Of a stretch of DNA of 64,000 bases, positions 50,801 through 62,800 are shown piece after piece. The DNA is taken from assembly GCF_048593235.1 (NCBI RefSeq), contig NC_133618.1:148579162-148643161 (forward strand). Direction: 5' to 3'. Under the pieces are notes generated by a model. The model was given only the letters and a program-made list of their open reading frames with translations. It was not told where the DNA came from and did not search any database. Within the stretch, counting starts at the first letter, position 1; each line of letters starts with the position of its first letter. The position numbers and the translations under genes are program-made. This DNA comes from Sminthopsis crassicaudata (taxonomy: Eukaryota).

Positions 50801-53800
50801 AGCATGGACACTACGATTCAATGTTGCCTGTTTAGGAGAGAATGGGAGTGATGCAAGAGTGAAATGTCAGTCAGTGAACAAGCATTTATTAAGCATTTAC
50901 TATGTGCCAGCTAAATACAGGGTCTATAAAGAAATATAAAAATAATCCCTTCCCTCAAGAAAAACGTTCTAATGGTGAAGACAATTGCAATTTGCAAACA
51001 ACAAAATATTGTACAAAGTAGATGAAGGGTGATCTTGGGAAAAATCAAGAGCTTTAAAGATTTAAAGGACACCTGTAGAAGGCGAATTATGAGCAGAGGG
51101 AGCTAGGGAAGCCAAAAGACAGAAAAGAAGAAGAGCAGGCAGAAGGGACAGCCCAATCAAAGGCACCGTCCAGAGATGAAATTTAGGATGCTCAAGGAAC
51201 AGCTACCCCGCTGTAACTGGATTGTAGAGTTCAAGAAGCAAGCTAAAATGTGAAGGGGCTGGAAAGGTAGGAATGGGCCAGATTCTAAAGGGCCTTAAAT
51301 GACAAATAGAAGATTCTATGTTTTTGTTTCTAAGAGATCTTGGATTCTAGCTATCCATTTGAGTATAATTTCATGCCTCCTGTGTCCCTCCCCTTTCCCC
51401 CTTCTCCCCAGGTCCCTGAACTCACCGCGTGGGCCTGCTGAGGAAGGATCTTCTCCTGGTAAACAGTTTGCAAGGCCTGAGCCTCTTCCTTCAGCTGCTG
51501 CCCCAGGGCAGACTCAGTCTGGAGGGATCGGAAGCAGAAATGGGAGGAGTGGGAAAGAAATGAAAGCAAAGCTATTGCTGTCTTTCAATCATTTGTAATC
51601 GAATCTGATTCTTCATGACCCTATTCTGAGGTTTTCTTAGCAAAGCCACTAAAGATATTTGCCATTTCCTTCACTAGCTTATTTCACAGATGATGAACCA
51701 AGACAAACGGCTAAATGATTTGCCTAGTCACACATTTAGTAAATATCTGAGGCTAGTTATGAACTCAGATGTCTTCTTAATTCGAAGCCCAGAGTCCCAC
51801 CTAGCTGCCCTTAATAACAGCAGTATTGTGATCCTTCCATTTTATTTTTTTTAATTTTTATAAATGGCTTTTTATTCTCAAAATATATGCAAAGATAATT
51901 TTGCAAAACTTTGTGTTCCAAATTTTTTCTCCCTTCCTTCCCCCATCCCCTCCCCTAGACAGCAACTAATCCAATTTATGTTAAAAATCAGATCAAAAAT
52001 TTAAAAATGAGAAAGAAAACAAAAAGCAAACAAACAACAAAAAAGATGAAAATACAGTGTTGTGATCCACATTCAGTCCCCATAGTCCTCTTTCTGGATG
52101 CAGATGGCTCTCTCCATCACAAGTGTGTTGGTGTTTCCTCTTTTTCAAAGCACTTTCAAGCTTATTAATTGCCTGACTCTTATAACAAACCTATGAGATA
52201 GGTTAACCAAGGGGGAAAAATCCTCCTTTGACAGATGAAGAAACTGAAGCTCAGAAACAGTAAAAGACTTGTCCAGAGTTAGAGAGCTATCTGTGGTAGA
52301 CTTGAGATTAGAGACTCAGCATCCTTAGGAAGGTGCTTTGAAAAGCCTCAACCTTTACCTTTTAAGAGGCTTCTCCCTACCTCCCAGTGAAAATGTCACA
52401 TACATTATTTTCTTCCTCTTGGTCCCCAGTGGTCAGTGTACTATAAAATCACAGGATATAGACTGGGGGACACCAGAGATCATCCAACATACCACCCCTC
52501 CTCTTAGACATAAAAGAATTGAATCCAGAGAGATAAATGACTTATTTGAGTTTGAACCATTAGAAATGAAAAATTGGGATCAAAACTCAAATTTTCTGGC
52601 TCCAAACATACGGTTCTTTCTTCTATCCCACCTACTCCCAGCAAGCTCTCTGGCCTCAAGCTCTCCAGGTCTCCTTGTTAGGGAAATTCTCCCCACTTAT
52701 CTCCTAAGCCTTCTCTTGTCCCTCCCCAATCCTCTGTTCCCCTGAGTCCTGGCTCCTGGCTTACCTGGGCTTGACCCAACTTCTCCAGTTCTTTGATTAG
52801 CTTCAAAATGTCAATTTTCAGTACCGGTTTCTGGACCTGAAGGGACAGAACAACAGTTTAACATTGAGAAGAGCTCCCTCTCTACCTTCTCTCCTGCTCC
52901 CATGTCTAGTCTCTTGGGCATTCTACATATCATTTAAGCATGTTGGGAGTTAGCAATTTCTCAGCTGCTATAGCCCAGGCAGGCAAGAGTTAGAAGTGGA
53001 GACCCGGGATTGGGGCACTTCTAGAGCACAGTGTATGGGCTAACAAGAAGTTCTGGGACAGATTAAGAGGCTGTGCAGCTTGAAAACAAAAATACTATAA
53101 GAAATAAGGTAACTGTCTTCCAGCATTTGCAGACTTGTCATGTGAAAGAGAAATTGGACTTTTTCTTCTTGGTCCCAGAATTAGGAACAATGGATTAAAG
53201 GCTTTTCCTTCCTTTTTCTGCCAAACTCCTATCTGTGAAAAAGCTGTCAACATTCCACTTCCTCTTCTTTCACTCACTTCTCAAACCCTTGCAATCTAAC
53301 TTCCAAACACCATTTAACATTCTCTAAGGTTACCAATGCCCCCTCTTTAAAAAAAAATAAAAAATCTTGATATCTTTGAGGGTTTTCAATAGACTTTAGA
53401 TAGAAAATGCTATCAGCATCCAGAGAGAGAACTGTGGAGATTTGAATGTAAATCAACACTGGCTATATTCACTTTTTTTTTCTTTTTCTTCTGTTTTTTT
53501 TTTTCTTGTTCTGATTTTTCTCTCTCAACATGATTCACAAAGAAATATGTATTTAAAAATTAATGTACTATCTAACATGTATGGGACTACCTGCCATCTA
53601 GGGGAGGAGGTGGAGGGAAGGAGGGGAAAAGTTGGAACAGAAGTTTTTGCAAGGGTCCATGTTGGAAAATTACCCATGCATATGTTTTGTCAATAAAAAG
53701 TTATAATAATAAAAATGTACATGTATAACCAGAAAAAAATAAAACAATTTTTAAAAAGATATCTTTGAGGGTTTTTCCAATCACTTCCATTACTAAATAT

Positions 53801-56800
53801 ATTACTTTCATCTCTTCTTTCCCCCCCCCCAGAAATAAGAATGTATCACTATTAATTCATTCTTCCTTTAAAAATGAAAAATCTGTGCCCGGACCATCAG
53901 ATATAAGGAAATTCTAGTACAAAAATAAGAAAGGAATTTTATGTGATAATTTTGTTGTATATTTGAAAAGAATGGCAAGTTACGAGTAGTAGATTAGAAG
54001 TTCTGTGTACAATCATATTTTTATTGTATCATATGAGGAGACTTGTTTTATTCCATAAATTAAAAATAAAAGAATTTTTTAAAAAGTTTCCTCCCTCAAT
54101 ACAGATTGTCAACTTGTCCGTTAACTTACAGTCTTGAGGAACTGTTGGGACCTGAGCAGTTTTGACTTATCCATGGTCACATAGCTAGTATAATATAAGA
54201 AAAAATTCAGGTTTTCCTGGACTTCCCAAGCCAAGCCTCTATTCATTAGATCTCTTACCAGAAATCTCTTGTTTGTACAATCCAAAGACTTTTTCTCTGT
54301 CTCTTCATGATCCCACACTATACATGACCTTTTCCTTTGGATATTCTCATTATTATAGGTTTTCATAATAGTGATCTCATCTATTTCTTTACTTGACTTT
54401 CTGCCATTCCTCTTCAAAGTCTTCTACTGGGTGAACATCATCCAAGCCCACCCCTCTACATATGTACCTATGCTTTAGGTACTCAGGGCTCCATCCTGAG
54501 TCGTCTTCTCTCTGGGCTATCTCAATGAGTGATCTCATTGGCTCTCATGGGTTCAACTTTTATCTCTATGCAGATGACTCCCAAGATCTATATCTCTAGC
54601 CTGAATTGCTCTCCTGAGGCTCTGCATGCATAAATGAACAAATAAAAAAAAATATTAAGCGCTTCCCTTCCAAGGACTGAGGATACAAACAGAAAATCTC
54701 CCCCAAAACTCATAAGGTAAGGGGATTCCCCTCTAATAGGGAAAGACAGCATATAAAAAAGGTTTTGGTTACAAACCATATTCAATTCCCAGGGTTCTGG
54801 GATGCTGAGTCTTGGGCTGTCTCCAGTGGGATCTGAGAAGAACAGTGGTAGAGGAGAGGTAGAATGACCCCAGTATATGCTGCCTGTCTCTCCTTCAAGA
54901 TGCCTAGATGTTCCATAGGCATCTGAAACTCACTCTGTCCTAAACAAAACTAGTTGTTTTTTTTCACACTCCCCACAAAAAAAAAAAATCCAAACCCTTT
55001 CTTATTCCAAATTTCTTTGCTTCTATTAAGTAGGCCAGTAACCTTCAGGTTATTCATACAATTTTACAATCTCAGAGTCATCTTTAACTCTTCATTCTTC
55101 CTCACCCCCACATCCAATTAGGAGTAGCCAGGTCTTACTGATTCTATCATTTCAACACCTCTCACATGTGTTTCCTTCTCTCTATTTACACATCATAGGC
55201 TATAGCCTCTTAACAGGTCTCCCTGTCTCCAGCTTCTCCTCTCCCATCCACTCTACACATATATTAAGTATATACTGATATTCCTAAAGCACAAGTATGA
55301 TCATGTGACTGCCCTCTCAAAAAGCCCCATTGGCTTCCAATCTTCTTGAAGATAAAATGCATTAAATACCTCTGGCATTTAAAGACTTTGACAATCTGGC
55401 TCCAACCTGTCTTTTCAGGTTTTCTGAACATCATTTCTTTATCACACTCTATGTTCCAAGCAAACTGGCAGACTTGTATTGTATATTTGGATTTATATAT
55501 TATTATATATTATATTATATAATATATATATATATACAAATATAAATATATATACAAAGTACACATATACATATATACACAATTTGGATTGTATACAACA
55601 ATTCATTTCCCATTGTCATGCCTTTGAACAGTCTGTGTCCTATGCTTAGGAATGCATTCCTTCTTCACTCTGCCTCTAATTCCTAGCTTCCTTCAAGGCT
55701 CAATTCCAGTGAGGGGAAGGGAGAAAGGCCTGCCTGATTACTCACAAGTGTTTATTGCTCTTTCTCCCATAAACTACTTAGCATACTTTTTCCCCCCCTG
55801 AGGTTGGGGTTAGGTGACTTGCCCAGGGTCACACAGCTAGGAAGTGTTAAGTGTCTGAGACCAGATTTGAACTCGGGTCCTCCTGAATTCAGGGCTGGTG
55901 CGCTAGCCACTGCACCACCTAGCTGCCCCTAGCATACATTTTTAATGTACTTAACTATATTAATGTTATATTTCCCCAGTAAAATGAGGGCAGGGTCTAT
56001 TTTGCTATTGTCATTTTATCTCCAACACTTAAATTGTGGAGAAGTACATTTAGTCAGGCTTGACATAAGAAAAAAATTTTAATAATTAGAGCTATCCCAA
56101 AGTGCCACAGACTACCCCTTCCTCACCGTCTCCCCTTCCCCCCAGAAAATTATGTTTGCCTCCCTCTCCTGCTGTCTTCAAGAAGAAGCAGACTGACCAT
56201 TTTTCAAAGGTGTAGAAAAGATACTTGTCCAGATTTGGGTTAGACTAGATGGTCTCTAAGATCCCTTTCAGCTCTGGCATTCTTTGATTCAATTCAATAG
56301 CCAGTAACAGAATTTAGTGGAAAGAGTTTTTAGGTCTTTATGAATGCAACAGAAAAGGATTCCTGGACTTCCATTTTTTCATCTCTAAAATGAGGCAAAG
56401 GGGTCAGCTGATAGTAACAGCTCCCATTTACATGTTTTGTGGTTTACAAAGCACTTTTTTTGCACACTAATTCTGTAAGGTTGGTTTTGCAATTTTTACT
56501 AACCCCACAAGGGGCTCTGAGCCATAAAGAAATTTGTCCAGAGTCACACTGGATCTGGAGTAGGCTCCAAGCCAAGCTTTCATGACTCCACATTCTGCCT
56601 CTCTGACATGAAGCTCAAGAACATCCCAGCTCTAATATTGTAGGTATCTATTCAGGAGCATCTCAGATTAGGATGTCACAATTTTATAGGATTATGAACT
56701 CTAGAGGTGAAAGAGACTGCAGAAGATCATCTGTCTAAACTCAGGAAGCTGAGGATTAGAGACCTTTGGTCCAAGATCAGAGTTAACAGGCCGAGGTATT

Positions 56801-59800
56801 GAAGAGCTGGAGGCAGTAGAGGATGGGGAATGATGGGAGGGCAGCACGCTCACCTGGGCAAGGAAGCTGGGGTAGTCAATCTTCTCAATCCCGCTGCTTC
56901 TGAAGGCCTCCAAATCTCTCTTTGCGGCTTCATTGAGAAGGTCCAGATCTTTCATATTAACTCTAAATTTTCTCACCTCCTCTTGCAATCGGGCAGTATA
57001 CTAAGAAAAGGAAAAACAGGCATGGAGAGCCTATAGGTAACCAGGGAAAGGAATATCCCCTCTGATCTCCTCTTCCATCACTCCCAGTTTGCCCACATAT
57101 CCAATACCCTTGGATCATGTGCCCCATCTATAGTGGTGTCCCAACAGTATCCCATACATCTCTCTTTCTTCTCTTTTCTAGAATTAAATACAGGCTCTAA
57201 TTTTTATTTATTTATTTATGAGACAATCAAAGTTAACCAATACAGTAAGTATCTGAGGCTGGATTTGAACTCAGGATCTCCTGATTCCAGAGCTGATATT
57301 CTATCCAAATGCAACCTAACTGATTTTTAAAGACCTTTCCAACCTCCAATTCTTAGTTCATTATATACCACATTCCTTCATTCATGACACAGTCCAATGA
57401 AACTGTTGTTCACAAAGTTCTGGAACCCTCCCCTCCCCACCTCTGCCTCTCAGAATTCCTAGTTGCTACCAAACTTTAGCTCAAAAGTCACCTCCTACAT
57501 GAGGCTTCTTTTGATCCTGGTAATTGTTATCTACATCTGAATTACCTTTTCTTTGTTTTATGCATGTTTCTATGTAAACATGTTGTTTTCCCAATAAAAT
57601 GTAAGCTCCCTGAGGTTAGGAATGATTTCATTTTTATCTTTATAACCCTTTGCTTAGCATAGACCTGGCATATAGTATGTGCTTACTAAATATTGGGGAA
57701 TTAATTGATTTTCCTTCTCTTTCTTTCTCAGGCTCCTAATTAGCTTCTGAAAGTTTTTTACTTTCAGTCAGTCTCTTCTCTAAGATTGAGTTTCCTCTTA
57801 TTATAGAAATAGGGGGCTAGATCAGATGATTTCTTAGATACCTCCCAATTCTAATAGTCTATAAAACTATGACATGCATACAAAGACATCAGTTACTGAA
57901 ATACTAAAGATTACTAAACTTGGAGTAAAAGATCTGAATTCAAATTTTGTCACTACTGTCTGACCTTAGACAAGAGGTCATTGAATCTTTCTCAGCCTCA
58001 ATTTCCTCCTCCTGTGTCATAATTGCAAAAACAATGGATTAGAAGTCAGAGAACCTGGTGTCAAATTATAGCTTGGACACTTGCTATCTGTGTGATTTTA
58101 AACAAGTGATAGGACTTCTCTGGGTCTCAATTACCTCATCTATAAAAAAGAAGAATCAAAATAATTAACCCCTAAGTTTCTTTTCGGCTCTAATTCTATA
58201 ATCCTATGACATAAATTGAATGATCTTAAGAAAGTTTAGGAGGAAAAAAACTTAGTAAGTCACAAGAAGCAGCTATTGTAGGACAGCAATAATTAGCAGA
58301 AAATTATTTTTTAAGTAAATCAAAAAGGTCTAAGGTACCACTTCACACCTTTCAGATTGGTTAATTAATGATAGAAAAGGAAAATGATAAATATTGAAGA
58401 AGATGTGGGAAAATTGGAACACTAATGCATTGTTGGTGGAGTTGTGAACTAATATAACTCTTCTGCAGAGTAATTTAGAATTATGCCTAAAAGGCTGTGT
58501 GTACTCTTTGATCTAGCAACAGAACTACTAGGTTTATATCCCAAAAAGATCATAAAAAAGGGAAAAGGACCCACATGTACAAAAAATGTTTGCAACAGTT
58601 CTTTTTGTGGTGACAAATAATTAGAAATTAAATGAATTCCCAGAAATTAAGGAATGTCTGGACAAGTTATGTTATATGAATAGCAGGTGGATTTCAGAAA
58701 AACCTGGAAAGACTTACAAGAACTGATACAAAGTGAACATAATCAAGAGAACATTGTACCCAGTAACAGCAACATTGTATAATGATCAATTATGATAAAT
58801 TTAGCTCTTTTCAGCAATTGCATAATCCGAGACAATTCCAAAAGACCCATAATGAAGAATACTATCTACTTCTAGAGGAAAAAATTATGAAGTCTGAATG
58901 CATATCAAAACATACTATTTTCACTTTTTTGTTGTTTTTTTTTCTCATGGTTTTTCCCTTTTCTGATTTTTCTTTTGAGGGAGAAGAGGAGGAAGAAGAG
59001 GAGGAAGGAAAGGAGAAGAAAGAGGAGGAAAATGAGAGGAGGAGGAGGAGGAAAAAAGAGGAAAAAAGAAGAGGAAGAAGAGGAGAATTGACTGTTGCAT
59101 AGCACTTTGAGGTTTACAAAATTCTTTACATATCTCACCACCCATTTGAACTTCAAAATTACCCTGTGAGGTAAAATACCATAGGTGTTAACACCCCCAC
59201 ATTACAGATGAAGTAACTAAAGCTCAGAGAAGATAAGAAAGTGTTTATATCCCAGTGAATAAGCATTTAGTAGTAGTAGTAATAATAATAACTAACATTT
59301 ATTTAGTGTTTTATGACTCACAAGGCACTTTACATGTTAATTAAATTTTATGGAAACATATAATCTAAGAACTGGGAGGAGCTAGCCTAAATCTCTCAGT
59401 TAACAGATGGAGAACAGAGGTCTTGTTGTTGTTTAGCTGCTCGTACTCCAATGTCATCATCCATGGGGCTTTCTTGGCAAAGATTCTGGAACAGTTTGCA
59501 TTTTGAATTAAGGCAAACAATGTTAAGTAACTGGCCCATAATCACACAGCTAGGAAGTGATTGAACTCAGGTCTTCCTAAGTCAGGGTCCAGACCTTTCT
59601 GTACTGAGCCACTAAGCTGGGAAGAACTAGCCTAAATCTTTCAGTTAATAGGTGAAGAACAGAGGCCTAGAGGGGTTAAGTAATTTGCCTAATATCACAC
59701 AGTCAGAGTAGGGAAGGAAAAAGAATTCAGAACCTCTGACTCCCACTTTGATCTTCTACAAGGACTCTCGGGGTCCCTTTCTTGAGACCTGACTAGAAGC

Positions 59801-62800
59801 TGGTATCTTCCTGTTCTTTGAGAGATTTTCCCCCTGAACACAGAAGGAAGCTCATAGGAAGGAAGGGCAGAGACCCCTTTGCTCTCCATTCAGCACCTGC
59901 CCCCTGCCCCCCCATGCTATTGAAGTCATATGATATGAATGCATGAAAAGACCTTAGATATAATAATAGCAAGCATTTATATAGTGCTTTAGAATTTACA
60001 AAGGGCTTTACATATATTATTTCCTTTGATCTTTAAAGATCTATTCCAATCCTCTTATTTTATAAATGAGGAAAATTAGGTTCAGAGAGAAAAAAATTGC
60101 CCTAAAACCCACAGACTGTAGTTGGCAAGAGCTGGATTAGCCTGCCTCCAACTCCAGTATTTATTCTACCACAAGACTTGCCTTTCTTATTCCAGTGCCC
60201 CTTAAGTCCCCCTCTTCTTCTAACCATGACCGACCCCTGGCTGTCCAGTCCTCATCCTAGTTGCATTGCAGCCAGGGGACTGGTAATCTTGGCCCAACTC
60301 AGATACAGGGCTGAATTCAGAGAGATCTTCTCTGAATGGGGCCCCATTACTGCCCCACACACAACTGCTGATTGACAGAAGTCAACACAAGCTCCAGAAT
60401 AGAGGGGATCAGAATCCTGCTGTGCTAGTTTTTAGAAGTTTCTTACCTTATTGATGTCCAGGTGCTTTTCTGGATCATAGGAGCCATTAAGCTGTAGAAC
60501 TTTCCAGAGAGCAGCACCTTTCTTACACTGCCTAGGAGAGCAGCAAGGAATCAGAGTGGGGTTAACCTTCACCTTGACCTCTTATCCCATTTCGTACAGC
60601 TCCCCTCCCCAGCCCTTAGAAGGCTAAAATGCTGATGGAGACACTCACTGATAGGCAGAGGGGATGCTGACGTCCTTTTTGAGACCCAGGAGGTGTGACA
60701 GGTTCATGGATGGGGGCAGGTTCCCTGGAGTGTCAGCAAACTATACATGAAGGGGAGTAAGGAATTCTAGAGTAATGAGTAAGACAGACCCCAGTTCTCC
60801 CAAGTCCGGGCCTCTTTGGACTAGTGATTGGATAACACACAGCAATGCCCTTAATCATGACCTGATTTCAAATCCTGCTTCTAACTTCTTCAACGCGTAG
60901 CTTCCCCAAGCCACAGGAAAGTCTTAGCTACACACAATGAAATTCCCACCAATTCCTGGGCTTACAAATTGGGGACAAATTGGGTATCAGACCTCTAGTC
61001 ACTGTTCTCAGTTTCATGGAAGGAGTATTAGCTTATGAGTATAATGAAACCACTTCTTAACTTTGTTTTCAACAATAATATGACGAGGAGTTCACCCAGG
61101 GCCTTCTAGGATTTCTGCCCAATTCTCCTTCACTTCTACCCACTACTAAGTCTCTTTGTCTTTCCCTATCTCTACTGTTTCTGGGTTTGTTTTTCACTCT
61201 CTTCCATCCTGTATTTCTATTGGTCTCCCAGCTTGTTTCTCCTGCACCCAATCTCTGGGCCAGAAGCTTTGGAAGCCTATTCTCCATTTATCCTGTGAGA
61301 CAAGGGCCAGCCCCGACCCCCAGGCCAGACCTTACCTGGTAAAGCTCTTGGCTCTCCCAGCTTCGGCACACTAGCGTCTGGATGTTGCCCCCCAGGAGGA
61401 AGGTGGCAAAGATAAGGAGGATGAAGGGTCCAGAGAAAAGGAAGCTTAAGCCTACACCCCTATGGAAAAGACAGAGCAGGGGATCAAGAGGATGCAAAAG
61501 AGGTTGGTCCTGGCTTGTCCTTCTCCTCTGGCCCAAACATGTTTCTTCCCACCCTTCCTCAGGCAACCATGGAGTTAGAAACTGCTCAGGATATTCAACT
61601 AGCCTCATGCTGATCAGGGATGACCTCCCAGCAAATTTAATTCAATCCACCCAGGAGTTAGTAACTATAATGTGTTGTTTCTTTGTTTTGTTGTGGGTTT
61701 TTTTGGGGGGGGAGAAAGGATCATGTTGAGAGGTTGTGAGGAACAGGGAAGGGAAAGAATGGAGGGTCTGAAGGAGCAGGGAAGGGGGCAGCTTTTACTA
61801 TTGGATAGGAGAGAAGAGCAGAGCATAGAATCGATCCATCTGTGGACTGCTGGCCCTTTACTAGCATCTGGACAGCTCCATGGGCCAGATGGGACCAAAT
61901 AAATAAAAAAGACCTTAGAGACTGTACAGACCTATATAGATCTGTGTATGAGCTGCCCAACTAAGATGGTCACCAAACTCATAACAGGATCCATGCTGAT
62001 GCCAGATGATCCCCTATTTCACACAGGCTAGCTTGTGGAGCAGGGAAGCTACTCCCTGGGACACAGGAGGGGCTAGCGGAGCCAGCATCCTTCCCCCCAG
62101 CCTTGCAGCCCAAATCCATGTGTTGTCTTATCCCGCCCCATTCTGGCCCATCCTTACGCCATGAGAAACTGGGCTCCAGCCTCGCCCTTGGCTTCTGTGT
62201 GGCTAGAGTCTTCTCGGGCAGATATCCCCCAAAGGCCCAAACCGAGACCCAGCAGGTTACAGATGACCACCAAAAGGACCACCGAGGACAGCACATAGCC
62301 TGCAATCCACCTACCAGAAAAGGGATGGGGACAGTCAATATCTGAGAGGTCTTAAAGAAAATGAATTTGTCCTTGTTCGTTCACAGACCATGGAGGGAGA
62401 AAAATATTGAGCAATGCCAAAGGTACAGTGCCAGAGGAAGAGGAAAAAGACTAATCCTGGATGTACATGAATAGTACATGAATGGAATTGATCCTAAACC
62501 ATTGGTTACTGATTTGGAAACTAAAAAATGTAGGATTTTAGGACACAAAAGAACCTTAAAAGTCATCTAATGTTCCAACCCCCTCATCCTACAAATAAGG
62601 GAAAGTGATATATCATGTTTCAAGGACAGAGGGGAAAAATGAATAGCGCATAGGACTCATGGGGCTTGAGAAGGCTGACTGAGAGGGAAAGGGATGAATA
62701 AGTACTAGAGGGTGGGAATAGCTAAGTCTAGAATGTTAAGAGTGGACACTCAGAAATTGGAGCCCTGAGTGGGCAAAGAGTGGGTGAGGGGGCACCTATA

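Larger units (their letters stand above)
54400..56030 (+). mobile_element. L2 LINE 3' fragment, interrupted by a TA-rich tract and WSINE1
   Basis: ctctatgcagatgactcccaagatctat, cctagatgttccataggcatctgaaactc and ttcctaaagcacaag...catgtgact motifs typical of L2. Confidence 0.7.

Noticed and set aside
55787-55929. tRNA-like A/B boxes in SINE heads
   Set aside because: Part of CORE-SINEs; no cloverleaf or anticodon arm, so not tRNA genes.
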